Shown piece after piece: positions 27,527 through 36,508 of a DNA stretch of 55,798 nt (its first letter is position 1; every line of letters begins with the position of its first letter). The stretch is from a virus (taxonomy: Duplodnaviria > Caudoviricetes). The notes beneath the pieces were generated by a model that was given only the letters and a program-made list of their open reading frames with translations, was not told where the DNA came from and made no database searches. A program made the translations under genes and the position numbers. The stretch lies in IMG/VR virus record IMGVR_UViG_3300036861_000985, positions 1 through 55,798 of that record; one strand, 5' to 3'.

Positions 27527-28483
27527 GTGGCATCGGCGGGGAAGAAGAAGAGGAAGCAGCCGAAGCAAGCGCAGAAGAGCGCCGATCGCCCGTGGTCGGA
27601 TTGGCTACTCCACCGGCTTCGAAGCGCCGCGCACGAATGGGGCATCGCGACCAAGCATCCTGTACTGGTCGGGACTGCACGCGAGCGAGCGCTGATTCGA
27701 CTCGTCCAGGACGTGCTGCCCCGTCAGTACGAGGCCCTCGACGGTGCAATGGCCATCGTCGATGCGAACGGGAACCCGCGCGTCATGCGAGAGCAGTACG
27801 ACCTCCTCATCGCCGACACCTTTCGACATCCGGTTCTTCTGCGCGTAGCGGGCTCTGCGATCGTGCTTCCGCAGGCGGTCAGAGTGATCGCCGAGATCAA
27901 GAGCGAGCTGACGCGCCCGTTCAAGCCTGCCGAAGCGAAGAAGCCCGGCGCGGCTCACGTTGGTGCTGCGGGCCGCGTTCCGGATGTGAGCGCATCGTCG
28001 CTCGCCGAAGCACTCTTCCAACTAGGACGGCTCGCGCCGCTCAGCGCGACCGTCGCATTCACCGCGCGCCGGATGCTCTTCGCGTACGCCGGCCCCTCAA
28101 AGCTCGATACGTTGGAGGACTGGTTCAAGGACGTCGTCGCTGCCCATGCGAACCCAACAAAGTTTGGGCTGAGCGGCGATCAGCGAGCGGCGTTTTCCGC
28201 GGCTGGAATACCAGACGTAGTCTGTGTGCTTGAGGCAGGCCTCTACGCGTGGAAGCAAGGCGCGAAGCTGATGCTGACGAAGGGGAAACCGACGGAGGTG
28301 GTCGCGCAGATTCTCGGAGACGTCCTCGCGGAGGTCCACGAGGAATCGCGGCCGGCGCCACAGAAGCAGTCCGAACTGACGGGCCCGCTGGCACTCGATC
28401 CGCCGCAAAAGGTCTCGCTCGGCGCCTTCTTACAGGACGCACTTCGGCAAGGAACTCCGCGCACGGTAGACTTGCCGGAGTAG
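27527..28483 (+). CDS. DUF6602-like restriction-endonuclease-fold protein (cargo)
   Basis: H...G.ARE..L...LP..Y....G..VD, QYDLLI.D, V..IAEIKSELT. Confidence 0.7.
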   Translation: MASAGKKKRKQPKQAQKSADRPWSDWLLHRLRSAAHEWGIATKHPVLVGTARERALIRLVQDVLPRQYEALDGAMAIVDANGNPRVMREQYDLLIADTFRHPVLLRVAGSAIVLPQAVRVIAEIKSELTRPFKPAEAKKPGAAHVGAAGRVPDVSASSLAEALFQLGRLAPLSATVAFTARRMLFAYAGPSKLDTLEDWFKDVVAAHANPTKFGLSGDQRAAFSAAGIPDVVCVLEAGLYAWKQGAKLMLTKGKPTEVVAQILGDVLAEVHEESRPAPQKQSELTGPLALDPPQKVSLGAFLQDALRQGTPRTVDLPE

Positions 28484-28489
28484 GCGCCC

Positions 28490-28789
28490 ATGTCGATGCT
28501 CGTCATCACGTCGAAGACAGCGGACCCGCTCCTTCAGTTCGCGAAGAGCGGGAAGACGGTGCGCGTCGCGCGCACGGCGACGTACGTGTCCGGTGGCTCG
28601 AACTACCGCAAGCGCGGCGTCCGCCTGCAGTACTGGGTCCAGACCACGCCAACCCAAACGTGGACCTACACGGAAACGTGCGAAGCCGATGCACAAGGCG
28701 TCGTGAGCTTTGCGGGCACACTGCTGGCGGCGCTCCTCTCTACCTCGAACCCCAAGATCGAGGTGGTCAACGTGAGCGGCTCTGTCTGA
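28490..28789 (+). CDS. Hypothetical protein (cargo)
   Basis: ATG 6 nt after the upstream stop; convergent with the transposase. Confidence 0.55.
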   Translation: MSMLVITSKTADPLLQFAKSGKTVRVARTATYVSGGSNYRKRGVRLQYWVQTTPTQTWTYTETCEADAQGVVSFAGTLLAALLSTSNPKIEVVNVSGSV

Positions 28790-28808
28790 GCGCTCCTGGC
28801 GCCGAGGG

Positions 28809-29681
28809 TCAAGCTGCCCGGCGCTGGCGGCGCGAGCCCCACGGCGCCGGCACCGGCACCGGCATCATGGCGATCAAGTCCTCGATCTCCCAGACGCGGT
28901 CCGTCAGCCCAGCGGCCATCGCGGGCGTCACGCGCAGCGAGGCATGAACGCGGCAGAAGTTGTAGTACGCGAAGTGGATCGCGACCGCGTGTTCGAGGTT
29001 CGCAACCTTCTTGCTGAACGCGTTCGTGAGCCGCGTGAAGCGGCGCATCGACATGCGCATCGTTAGGTTCTGGCGCTCGACGTAGCTCGTCGAGACGTGC
29101 TCCTTCTCGGGCGCGCCAGAGATTGGCGTCATGCGGATGCCGATGCAGCTCGGCGGGCTGTACCGCGACTCGCCCTCGGGCACCTCACCGTAGAGCTTCA
29201 CGAGCATCGCGTAGTCGATGTCGGCGCCGAACGCGTCCTCCACGGCGGCGAGATACGGCTTGTGACCGTCCGTGGTGAGCTGCATCCGCGTCGAGCACCG
29301 CGACGCAAGATCGACCATGAACTCGTGCGCGCACGGCGCGTCACGCGTGCCTACGTGGTACGCAGCGATCAGCTTCGTCTCTGCGTCGATGGCGGTCCAC
29401 GTCCAGATGCTCCCGAAGCCGTATGTCGCCTGCATCGACGGCGGCAGGTTCTTGTCTTTGGCGTAACAAAACGACCAGATCTCGTCGCACTGGACGCGCT
29501 TGCACGTCAGGCCGCGCACGCGGTCGTCGTGCAGCGCACGGCAGACCGTCCCGAGGTCGGCGAGGAGCTTGAGCACCGTGCCCTTCGCGACGCCGGTCAT
29601 GCGGCACGTCGCACGGATGCTGTTGCCCTCAACGAGGGCCGCAACGACGCGGGTACGCATGGCGGTCGAGAGAATCTTCAT
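28809..29681 (-). mobile_element. IS1-family DDE transposase
   Basis: N-terminal HTH (EGNSIRATCRMTGVAKGTV); DDE motifs QCDEIW, TTDG, VERQN; RRFTRLTNAFSKK. Confidence 0.88.
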
Positions 29682-29696
29682 ATGCCAGAAGGACGT

Positions 29697-29759
29697 TTGT
29701 ACGTACAATAGACTGACGACGCCCGGACGCCTTGACGCTGCACTGCACGTACGTACAAT
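29697..29759. promoter_or_regulatory. Divergent control region: TTGACG-16-TACAAT promoter and GTACGTACAAT repeats
   Basis: Perfect palindrome TTGTACGTACAA at 29697-29708; second GTACGTACAAT at 29749-29759 overlaps the -10. Confidence 0.65.
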
Positions 29760-29767
29760 CGGCGTAC

Positions 29768-29941
29768 ATGACGGGGAAGAAGAAGCCGGCGAGGCTGCGG
29801 AAGGACGAGCGCGTGCTGCTGCGCGTGACGGCGACGCAGAAGAGCGTCTTGCAGAAGGCGGCGGAGGCGTCCGGGCTCACGCTGTCGAGCTGGATGCTTT
29901 CGGTCGCGCTCCGCGAGGCGACCGCTAGCGCAAAACGATGA
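29768..29941 (+). CDS. Ribbon-helix-helix protein (DUF1778-like)
   Basis: KDERVLLRVTATQKSVLQKAAEASGLTLSSWMLSVAL. Confidence 0.8.
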   Translation: MTGKKKPARLRKDERVLLRVTATQKSVLQKAAEASGLTLSSWMLSVALREATASAKR

Positions 29942-30126
29942 CGCGCCAGCGGTGGCGCTTGCGGAGCGAAGGCAGACCGCAGACGTACGAGTACGTCCGC
30001 GACGGGGCGGTGTGGGAGGCGATCATCGGGCTCTCGCGGGTGAACGACGCCCTTGCCCGCTGATCTGCCTGGAGCTAGCGTCTCCTCACCTCCTCGGTGG
30101 GTGCGCTCCGGGTGACCGGACGGACC

Positions 30127-30160
30127 CGAAAAACGGCGGCCTACCAGCCGCCGTTTTTCG
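30127..30160. terminator. Bidirectional intrinsic terminator
   Basis: Perfect 14-bp inverted repeat CGAAAAACGGCGGC-CTACCA-GCCGCCGTTTTTCG. Confidence 0.8.
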
Positions 30161-30269
30161 TTGGGTCGTTGAAAGAGGTGGCTTGCTCTAGTTCGTGTGG
30201 AGCCGCGCACCATGCGCAGCTTCGCGATCACCATGAGCGCGCCTTCGCCCCGTGATCAAGGGACCACAT

Positions 30270-30306
30270 CCTGTCCGACAGGTTCTCCGACATCCTGTCG
30301 GACGCG
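30270..30306. promoter_or_regulatory. Three tandem operator-like boxes at 12-bp spacing
   Basis: CCTGTCCGACAGG (30270), GTTCTCCGACATC (30282), CCTGTCGGACGCG (30294); no TTGACA. Confidence 0.65.
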
Positions 30307-30355
30307 ACGATCACCCTCGAGATCGCGGCGATCCGACCGCCTGTGAGAGCGCGCA

Positions 30356-30517
30356 CTACGCGCGGCGCGGAGGTGGCGATCGCCGAGGCTCGATGCGGAT
30401 CTTCTTCGTCGTCTCGCTCTTCGCGGACTTCGGCTCCGTCGTCGCTGCGGCGGCGACCGCGAACGCGACAGCGTTGGGGTCTCGCCGGTTGGTCTGCGGC
30501 TTCGAGCGCTTCGACAT
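30356..30517 (-). CDS. Small basic protein (RDPN motif)
   Basis: MSKRSK...RRDPNAVAFAVAAAAT resembles small ORFs recalled beside IS1-like transposases. Confidence 0.5.
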   Translation of the reverse strand: MSKRSKPQTNRRDPNAVAFAVAAAATTEPKSAKSETTKKIRIEPRRSPPPRRA

Positions 30518-30575
30518 TCCGTGATCGTCGCGCGCCGGATGATCTTCGTCAACGAGCCGATGTACCATCCGCGCC

Positions 30576-31007
30576 GTGGCGGAGACGACGTTCTACAGCG
30601 GGCCCGGCGTGCTCGTGACGAACACGCGGTTCGTCGTGTACTCGCAAACGTACGCGATGGCGAACGTCACGTCGGTGCGTTCCGCCGTGACATCGCCGCA
30701 CACCACGACCGGTTGGTTGCTCATCTTGGTCATGCTCGTCCTGCTCCCAATGGCCTTCTTCGCGGCCATCATCACGATGCAGTCCAGCAACAGCGACGAC
30801 ACGCTGCTCGGCCTGCTCGGCGGCGGGATGTGTGCGCTCGTCGGCGTGAGCCTCGGCGCGCTCGGCATCTGGTTGCTCACCATCCGCGACTATCATGTCG
30901 TCCTGGCCACGGCTGGCGGCGAGACGACGGCGCTGATGTCGCGAAGCCTGCCGTACGTGCAGGGCATCGTGCACGGAGTCACCGAGGCGATCGTTCACCG
31001 CGGCTAG
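30576..31007 (+). CDS. DUF6232-like membrane protein
   Basis: FY....V.VTNTRFVV..QTYAMANVTSV; two TM helices; Y.VVL.TAGGE..AL.S. Confidence 0.75.
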   Translation: MAETTFYSGPGVLVTNTRFVVYSQTYAMANVTSVRSAVTSPHTTTGWLLILVMLVLLPMAFFAAIITMQSSNSDDTLLGLLGGGMCALVGVSLGALGIWLLTIRDYHVVLATAGGETTALMSRSLPYVQGIVHGVTEAIVHRG

Positions 31008-31287
31008 CACGCGGTGGTCGCCCGCGCGGGCGTCGTACGGGCTTCGGCGCCGGATCGAGTAGCCGGCGCGGCTCCACGCCGAACGCGTTCGCGAGTCCCG
31101 CGATGGTCTTGATCGTCAGGTTGATCCGCGTGCCTTCGACCTCCTGGTAGTGCTTCAGGTCGAGGCCAGCGCGCTCCGCGGCCTCCGCTTGCGTCCAGCC
31201 GGCCTTCTCGCGCAGCCGCCTCACGTTCGACGTGACGAACGCGGCGACGACGCGCCACGGTTGCGCAGCACGGTTCGGGCGAGGCAC
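30979..31287 (-). CDS. XRE-family HTH transcriptional regulator
   Basis: NVRRLREKAGWTQAEAAERAGLD..HYQEVE...NLTIKTI..LANAFGVEP..LL. Confidence 0.9.
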   Translation of the reverse strand: MPRPNRAAQPWRVVAAFVTSNVRRLREKAGWTQAEAAERAGLDLKHYQEVEGTRINLTIKTIAGLANAFGVEPRRLLDPAPKPVRRPRGRPPRASRGERSPR

Positions 31288-31325
31288 GCCGAGAGCACAG
31301 CGCGCACCGACTTGCCAGAAAACCC

Positions 31326-31382
31326 GCTATGACAGGTCTTGCGAAGACCGGCTATGACAGGCAATGTGTCAGACACCATGTC
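31326..31382. promoter_or_regulatory. Operator-like boxes upstream of the XRE gene
   Basis: GCTATGACAGG at 31326 and 31351; TGTCAGACACCATGTC at 31367-31382 matches the 18913-18928 site at 15 of 16 positions. Confidence 0.55.
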
Positions 31383-31648
31383 GGGTCGACGTCCCGGCAG
31401 GAGGAGGATGACGATATGGAGAGCGAAGAGTCGAGTCCGGCCACCGACAGCTTTACCTCCCGGACGGCGGAGCGCGTCCACTGCGACGCGCGCTCGCCGT
31501 CTTTCACGCAGTTGCACAGCTCGACGATGTGCTTGTACGCGACGTCGTCGTCGATCCCCGCGCTCGACATCGGCGTCTTTAGCGCCGTGATCGCCTCGTG
31601 GGTAGCTCCCTGCTCGGGCGTGAGAGCCGGCACCTCGTTGGCCTTCAT
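31352..31648 (-). CDS. Hypothetical protein
   Basis: GAGGGGG RBS after the NYN stop; C-terminus low complexity. Confidence 0.4.
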   Translation of the reverse strand: MKANEVPALTPEQGATHEAITALKTPMSSAGIDDDVAYKHIVELCNCVKDGERASQWTRSAVREVKLSVAGLDSSLSISSSSSCRDVDPTWCLTHCLS

Positions 31649-31658
31649 GATCGCCCCC

Positions 31659-32234
31659 TCAAGTCACCCGAATCTCGTTGTGCGTGAGCCGGTGGTTCTC
31701 GTCGCACGCCTTCCGCAGCTCGCTGCTCGTCCACGCGTCTGCGCCGTGCCAGAGCACGGTGTACACGCCGAGGTCTCTCGCTGCCTTCACTGCCGGCACG
31801 AAGTCCTGATCCCCGGCCACGAGCACCACGACGTCTGCACGGGACTGGCTCACGAGGAGCGTCATGTCTACGGCGAGTAGCACGTCTACTTGCTTCTGCT
31901 CGTACCGCTTCCCGGGCTGCGTCGATGGTACGAGAACACCGAGCCGGATTTCGCATCCGCTCTCCTCGACGATCCTCTTGAACGCCTCGTACCCGCTGCG
32001 CTCCTCCGCGTCGACGGGCGCCGTGGTGTACACGTTCGTCACCATCGTGCGAAAGCCCGGCGCGAGGATGCTCGGCGTCAGCTTCCACGGGAAACGCGCC
32101 CCCTGGAACTCGTCACGCAGGACACAGTAGAGGTACGCCTCGTCGATGAAGATGCCGGCCCGGAGCGGTTGCCCGTCAGCCGTGGCCTCGAGCTTCCGAG
32201 CCCACGCACTCAACTGAGAGCGCAGCTCGGTCAC
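31659..32234 (-). CDS. NYN-domain (PIN-like) protein
   Basis: IFIDEAYL, EQKQVDVLLAVDM, VLVAGDQDF.P, S.EL...CD. Confidence 0.88.
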   Translation of the reverse strand: MTELRSQLSAWARKLEATADGQPLRAGIFIDEAYLYCVLRDEFQGARFPWKLTPSILAPGFRTMVTNVYTTAPVDAEERSGYEAFKRIVEESGCEIRLGVLVPSTQPGKRYEQKQVDVLLAVDMTLLVSQSRADVVVLVAGDQDFVPAVKAARDLGVYTVLWHGADAWTSSELRKACDENHRLTHNEIRVT

Positions 32235-32473
32235 CGCAGGATGGCCTGCACGCAGTCGCTGCAGATCCGGGAGGGCTCCGCATCGAGCGTTCGGTACGAC
32301 ACCGGCGTCGTGACCCTGTCGCGGCACCGCGCGCACCGCGGACGCGTCCCAGGCGTCCGCCCACGCACCCACTCGCGCGTCCCGCCTGGTCCCGCGATGA
32401 CGATCAACGGCGGCCGGCCGCTCACGTACCGAAAGCCGAGCGTCCCATCAGTCGAGCCGGGCCGAGCGCTCAC
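32231..32473 (-). CDS. Small zinc-ribbon protein
   Basis: CARC...ICSDC; GTGA overlaps. Confidence 0.5.
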   Translation of the reverse strand: MSARPGSTDGTLGFRYVSGRPPLIVIAGPGGTREWVRGRTPGTRPRCARCRDRVTTPVSYRTLDAEPSRICSDCVQAILR

Positions 32474-32634
32474 GACGACCGCGCCTTCCGCTTCAAGCGC
32501 GGCAGCTCTAGCGCCTGGCGGAGAGCAGTGATCAGAGGACCGAACTCGGTCGCCAACCCTGCCTCGTTCCATTCATCGACGAGAATCTTCGCCGCGCGCT
32601 CGATCTCCTTCGTGCGATTTTTGGGTTCGTTCAC
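32470..32634 (-). CDS. Hypothetical protein
   Basis: First ORF after the promoter at 32662-32690. Confidence 0.5.
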   Translation of the reverse strand: MNEPKNRTKEIERAAKILVDEWNEAGLATEFGPLITALRQALELPRLKRKARSS

Positions 32635-32661
32635 GAGATCCCTGCCGGCAGCTCTAGCGCC
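32500..32661. repeat. 16-bp direct repeat CGGCAGCTCTAGCGCC
   Basis: Exact copies at 32500-32515 and 32646-32661. Confidence 0.8.
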
Positions 32662-32690
32662 AAAGTAGTACCTGTCCGACAGGTTGTCAA
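32662..32690 (-). promoter_or_regulatory. Operator-containing promoter (TTGACA-17-TACTTT)
   Basis: Spacer ACCTGTCGGACAGGTAC with the perfect palindrome. Confidence 0.85.
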
Positions 32691-32693
32691 CGC

Positions 32694-32969
32694 TCACGAG
32701 GGCAGGTCGGACTTCTTCGGCGGGGCCTCGTCGTCTTTCAGGTGATGGAGCGCATGAAGCAACACGTGCGATGTGTTGTCCGCGATGAGGTTGTTCGCGT
32801 GGAGCAGGGTGCACCGTTCATCATCGGGCGTGCCCACCGGGCAGACCACGACGACCGCGATCTCCGCCGTCCCGTCGAACTCCTCTTCGAGAATGTCCAT
32901 CGCGCGACGCATGGCGTCGAGTTCGGGATCAGTAGGGTCTCTCATTTGGTCTCCACGCCTCCCGCTCAC
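32694..32969 (-). CDS. Hypothetical protein
   Basis: ORF track; start may be 32945. Confidence 0.55.
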   Translation of the reverse strand: MSGRRGDQMRDPTDPELDAMRRAMDILEEEFDGTAEIAVVVVCPVGTPDDERCTLLHANNLIADNTSHVLLHALHHLKDDEAPPKKSDLPS

Positions 32970-33511
32970 CAGCGCTGCCCGCGATTTGCCGGCATGACGA
33001 TAGACGGGGGCACGTCATCTCCTGGGCGAATACCACTCTTGTACAGTCGAGAGGCGATGCAAGCCGTTTTCACCCCGGCAATCTCGGCCATCTCTGCACG
33101 GCTAAGCATGGCGCCACACAATCTATAGACGGTCACCCGCGGCATTTTACGCGTGTCCGACTTACGCCAGCACGCGCGTGAGCACCAGCGCGCCGTGCTG
33201 CTTGCTTTTGTCGGCGGACGATACGACGCACCGCATTCTTCACAGACTTTACTTTCTCTTCGACTGATGTACGCGCCCCAGCACTTTTTGCTGTGAAACT
33301 GCCCGGCCATCGTTTGCTTCTCTAGCTGTTCCTTGCGCGGACGGAACATCGCGTCACAGCTATCCAGCTTGCACTTTCTCAAGGGAACGATCGGCAACCG
33401 TTGTCCGAGGCTTTGACACTTTCGCCCGCAATAGACGCCCGGCGCACTGCGCTTCGGCGCGAACGTGCGCTGACACTGCTTACACTCAGATGTGCGCGCC
33501 GGGGAGTTCAC
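32966..33511 (-). CDS. Repeated treble-clef-like Zn-finger protein with C-terminal HTH-like segment
   Basis: Three CxxC...F...YC/CS..C units; no HNH motif seen; lower GC. Confidence 0.6.
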   Translation of the reverse strand: MNSPARTSECKQCQRTFAPKRSAPGVYCGRKCQSLGQRLPIVPLRKCKLDSCDAMFRPRKEQLEKQTMAGQFHSKKCWGAYISRRESKVCEECGASYRPPTKASSTARWCSRACWRKSDTRKMPRVTVYRLCGAMLSRAEMAEIAGVKTACIASRLYKSGIRPGDDVPPSIVMPANRGQRW

Positions 33512-34823
33512 GAATCACCTGATCGATCCATTCCTTCGGCAACCGCCGCCGTGCTGCCACCTCGACGAGTCGCCCCCGGATCGCCTCTCTCTCCGCTTTT
33601 CCGATCGCGAGTCGCTCCAGATCGGCATCGTGTGCTGCCGCTTCCTGTCGCTCCCGCTTTGTAGCCGGCTGCTCTGCCGCGCAGTGCGGACACGTCTTGC
33701 ACGACAGCGGGATCATCCGCTCGCACTCGGCGCACTGACGATTGGGCTCCTCGCCCGTCTCGCGCTCCGCGCCACCGTCAAGCGACCACGCGTAGTCTAC
33801 GCCGGGCAGGAGATGCGTGTAGCAGTTGCCCGCGTGGTCGAGAATAATCGCGCGTCTCTTGTTGCCAGGCACGATGCGCGCTGCCCGGCCGCAGTACTGA
33901 AGGAACCGCGTGCGGCTCCTCGTCGGCCGCGCGATCGCGATGCACGACACGAGCGGGCAGTCGAAGCCCTCAGAGAGCACATCGACGTTGACGACGATCT
34001 GGATCATGCCGTCACGCAGTTCGCTTGTAATGCGATCGCGCTCATCAGAAGGCGTCTCTCCATCGAGATACGCCACAGCGCGACCGGCCCGCTTGAACGC
34101 CGCCGCGAGCTTCTGGCCGTGCGCACGGTTGACGGCGAAGACGAGCGTCTGCCGTCCCGCTGCGAGCCGCTGCGTCTCCTTCACGACATCGCCGACCAAG
34201 GCGGTACGCTTCGACGCGGCATCCAGCGAGGCTCCCGTATAGTCGCTCTTGCCGCGTCGTAGGCCAAGCGTCTTCATCTTGTCGCGAGGGATCCCATACG
34301 TTTCCGGGCGTGCGAGCCAGCCGTCCGCGATCAACTCCTCTTGCGAGGCAACGACCAACATCTCATTGAAGACGTCGCCCATGGGTGTACCGTCTAGACG
34401 CCACGGCGTAGCGGTCAGCCCAAGCACGTGGAGCTGGCCGCCTAGGATATGCCGATATGTCGCTGCCGCCGCGCGATGCGCTTCGTCGATCACAACGAGA
34501 TCGGCACTCGGAACATCACGCGCCGCAAGCCCAATGCTTGCGACGAGGACGCGCGCGCCCGCATTGTCCTTGTCCGTACCACTAAGGATGCCCACGTCAC
34601 TCTCCGGAACGCCCGCGGCGAGCAGCTCTGTGCGTGCCTGACGCAGCAACTCGCGGCGATGCGCGACCCACAGCACGCGCTTGCCGCGTATGCGCTGAAC
34701 GACGGCAGCGCCGATCACACTCTTGCCGCTCCCGGTCGGGCTCACGGCAACGACGCGGCATGGCGCAGCAACGCGCTTGACGAGGTCCGTTACGGCGCGC
34801 TCCTGGTAGTCCCTGAGCTTCAC
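33486..34823 (-). CDS. SF2 DEAD/DEAH-box helicase with C-terminal zinc finger (RadD-like)
   Basis: LRDYQ, PTGSGKS, DEAH, GLTATP.R, EGFD.P, Q..GR..R, CAEC...CPHC. Confidence 0.92.
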   Translation of the reverse strand: MKLRDYQERAVTDLVKRVAAPCRVVAVSPTGSGKSVIGAAVVQRIRGKRVLWVAHRRELLRQARTELLAAGVPESDVGILSGTDKDNAGARVLVASIGLAARDVPSADLVVIDEAHRAAAATYRHILGGQLHVLGLTATPWRLDGTPMGDVFNEMLVVASQEELIADGWLARPETYGIPRDKMKTLGLRRGKSDYTGASLDAASKRTALVGDVVKETQRLAAGRQTLVFAVNRAHGQKLAAAFKRAGRAVAYLDGETPSDERDRITSELRDGMIQIVVNVDVLSEGFDCPLVSCIAIARPTRSRTRFLQYCGRAARIVPGNKRRAIILDHAGNCYTHLLPGVDYAWSLDGGAERETGEEPNRQCAECERMIPLSCKTCPHCAAEQPATKRERQEAAAHDADLERLAIGKAEREAIRGRLVEVAARRRLPKEWIDQVIRELPGAHI

Positions 34824-35308
34824 GTCGCCCTCGTCTCCAGCATGCGTAGCGCGCGGGTCACGTGCTCGGGCATGAGACCGTCTTCCCACGTCGTCCGCAC
34901 GAGCCAGGGCAGGAGGTGCGCCATGTCGTCGCTGTCGTCGAGGATGACGAAGCGATCGTACGGGTGGCGGTTGAGGTAGTCCTGGATCTCGTGCCCGCGG
35001 ATCTCGTGCTCGATGGTCTTCTCCGAGTCCATCTCCGACCCGAACGGCGTCCTGCCAACGAGATGGCCCTGAAATCCGCGCTTGCGAAGAAGCGCCTCCA
35101 TCTCGTGCACCTCGACGATGTGCCGCCAGGACGAGGAGAGAACGAAGTCGTACGCAGCGAGCGCGTTGAGGAGCGGGACGGAGGACGGGTCGAGATCGTG
35201 GAGTCGCCGCCAGAAGACCGGATCCTCCGGCACGGTCTTGTCCCGCTCTCGAAAGTAGCGGGCGCTGTTGCAGACGCCGTCGATGTCCAGAAAACAGACG
35301 CCCTTCAT
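34820..35308 (-). CDS. HAD-family phosphatase (Swiss Army Knife RNA-repair-like)
   Basis: FLDIDGVCN, VLSSSWR, RG.EI, FVILDD..D, GL. Confidence 0.85.
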   Translation of the reverse strand: MKGVCFLDIDGVCNSARYFRERDKTVPEDPVFWRRLHDLDPSSVPLLNALAAYDFVLSSSWRHIVEVHEMEALLRKRGFQGHLVGRTPFGSEMDSEKTIEHEIRGHEIQDYLNRHPYDRFVILDDSDDMAHLLPWLVRTTWEDGLMPEHVTRALRMLETRAT

Positions 35309-35477
35309 CGGCGGCTCCGCGCAGCAGCGAATGCGCTCACGATCTTCTCCAACTGCTCGGGCGTGAACGGGTCGGGCACGCAGTTGTCGCAGGTGTCCGT
35401 CGGATGCAGGCGGCTGAAATCCGGGCGCGGGTCAAACGGCGTGCCGCACTTGCGGCACGGGATGAGCTTCTCGTTCA

Positions 35478-36137
35478 TCATGTCTTCCGCTCGGTCCTGA
35501 ACTCAGGAAGCATGATGCCATCCACGTCGCAGACGTGTCCGCCGCTCGCCAGCGTAGCGTGCATGCGCTGCTGGTCGTCATACCAGGTGGCGCTCCCCTC
35601 ATCTACCTGCTCCCGATGGTAGTCGAGCGTGTCCCAGAGCGCCTTCTCGATGTCGTCGCGTTTCCACGGATAGTCGGGCGACGCGTTGCAGCCGCAGAAG
35701 CAGTGATCGTTCTCGCGGCTGTCGTGGAACTGGACGAAGTAGCTCGGCTTCCAGAGCGTCACGTCGTAGAGGAAGCGAGCGCGACGGTTGCGGTGACTCT
35801 TCCGGATACCCTTCCACTTGTACACGAAGGAGTACTGCGGCTCGATCTTCGTGATGCGATGGTTAAAGTAATCGCAGTCGTTCGCGAGGTCGCCGACCTT
35901 AAAGCTCAGCTTCCGTTGCAGCATCTCGCGACGCCCGGGCTCGCTGAACCAGAACCGCGAGAGCTTCTTCGGCCCGTACCACGGCTTCCCCTTGTACGTT
36001 CTTCCGCGGAACCGCCACGTCCCAGGCAGCTCGAAGCGAGAGCAGCGGCACAGGACACACCGCAGCGGATCGCGCGGACGCTTCCCGTTCTTGTGACCGG
36101 CGAACGGATGCCCGCACTTGCAGGCAGGGTCGCTCAT
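35478..36137 (-). CDS. Hypothetical protein with N-terminal Cys/His motif
   Basis: CKCGH...H...CVLCRCSRF. Confidence 0.55.
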   Translation of the reverse strand: MSDPACKCGHPFAGHKNGKRPRDPLRCVLCRCSRFELPGTWRFRGRTYKGKPWYGPKKLSRFWFSEPGRREMLQRKLSFKVGDLANDCDYFNHRITKIEPQYSFVYKWKGIRKSHRNRRARFLYDVTLWKPSYFVQFHDSRENDHCFCGCNASPDYPWKRDDIEKALWDTLDYHREQVDEGSATWYDDQQRMHATLASGGHVCDVDGIMLPEFRTERKT

Positions 36138-36508
36138 GACGGCTTCGGGCGCCCGCACCACTTCACGTTCGGCGTGGGCGGGCCTGACACCGCGCCCATC
36201 TTACGAAGCGCGGCGCGAGCCTCCTCGGTCATGCGATCGTTGTCCTGGTTCCAGTCGTAATCGCCGATGAGCATGGCGCGGATACGCGCGACCTCAGTCT
36301 CCGACGGCGGCTGACGATCCTTCCGCGAGAAGGACACCATCGGCGGCATGTACTCCCCGTTGACGCGGCCCTCGCCGGAGACGAGCACGATGTAGATCGG
36401 CGTGTGGTACTCCAAGCCCATCTCGCCGGTGAACGGGTTTCTCCACGACTTCTTCTTCCAGTCGAGAGGAAGTGGATGTTTCAGGAGCGGCTTCCCCATG
36501 ACGATCAA
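36134..36508 (-). CDS. Hypothetical protein
   Basis: Coupled to neighbours; VSFSR.DR.P motif. Confidence 0.55.
   Translation of the reverse strand: MIVMGKPLLKHPLPLDWKKKSWRNPFTGEMGLEYHTPIYIVLVSGEGRVNGEYMPPMVSFSRKDRQPPSETEVARIRAMLIGDYDWNQDNDRMTEEARAALRKMGAVSGPPTPNVKWCGRPKPS

Noticed and set aside
32966-33511. HNH homing endonuclease
   Set aside because: The Zn-finger repeats resemble HNH N-termini, but no HNH catalytic motif is present.
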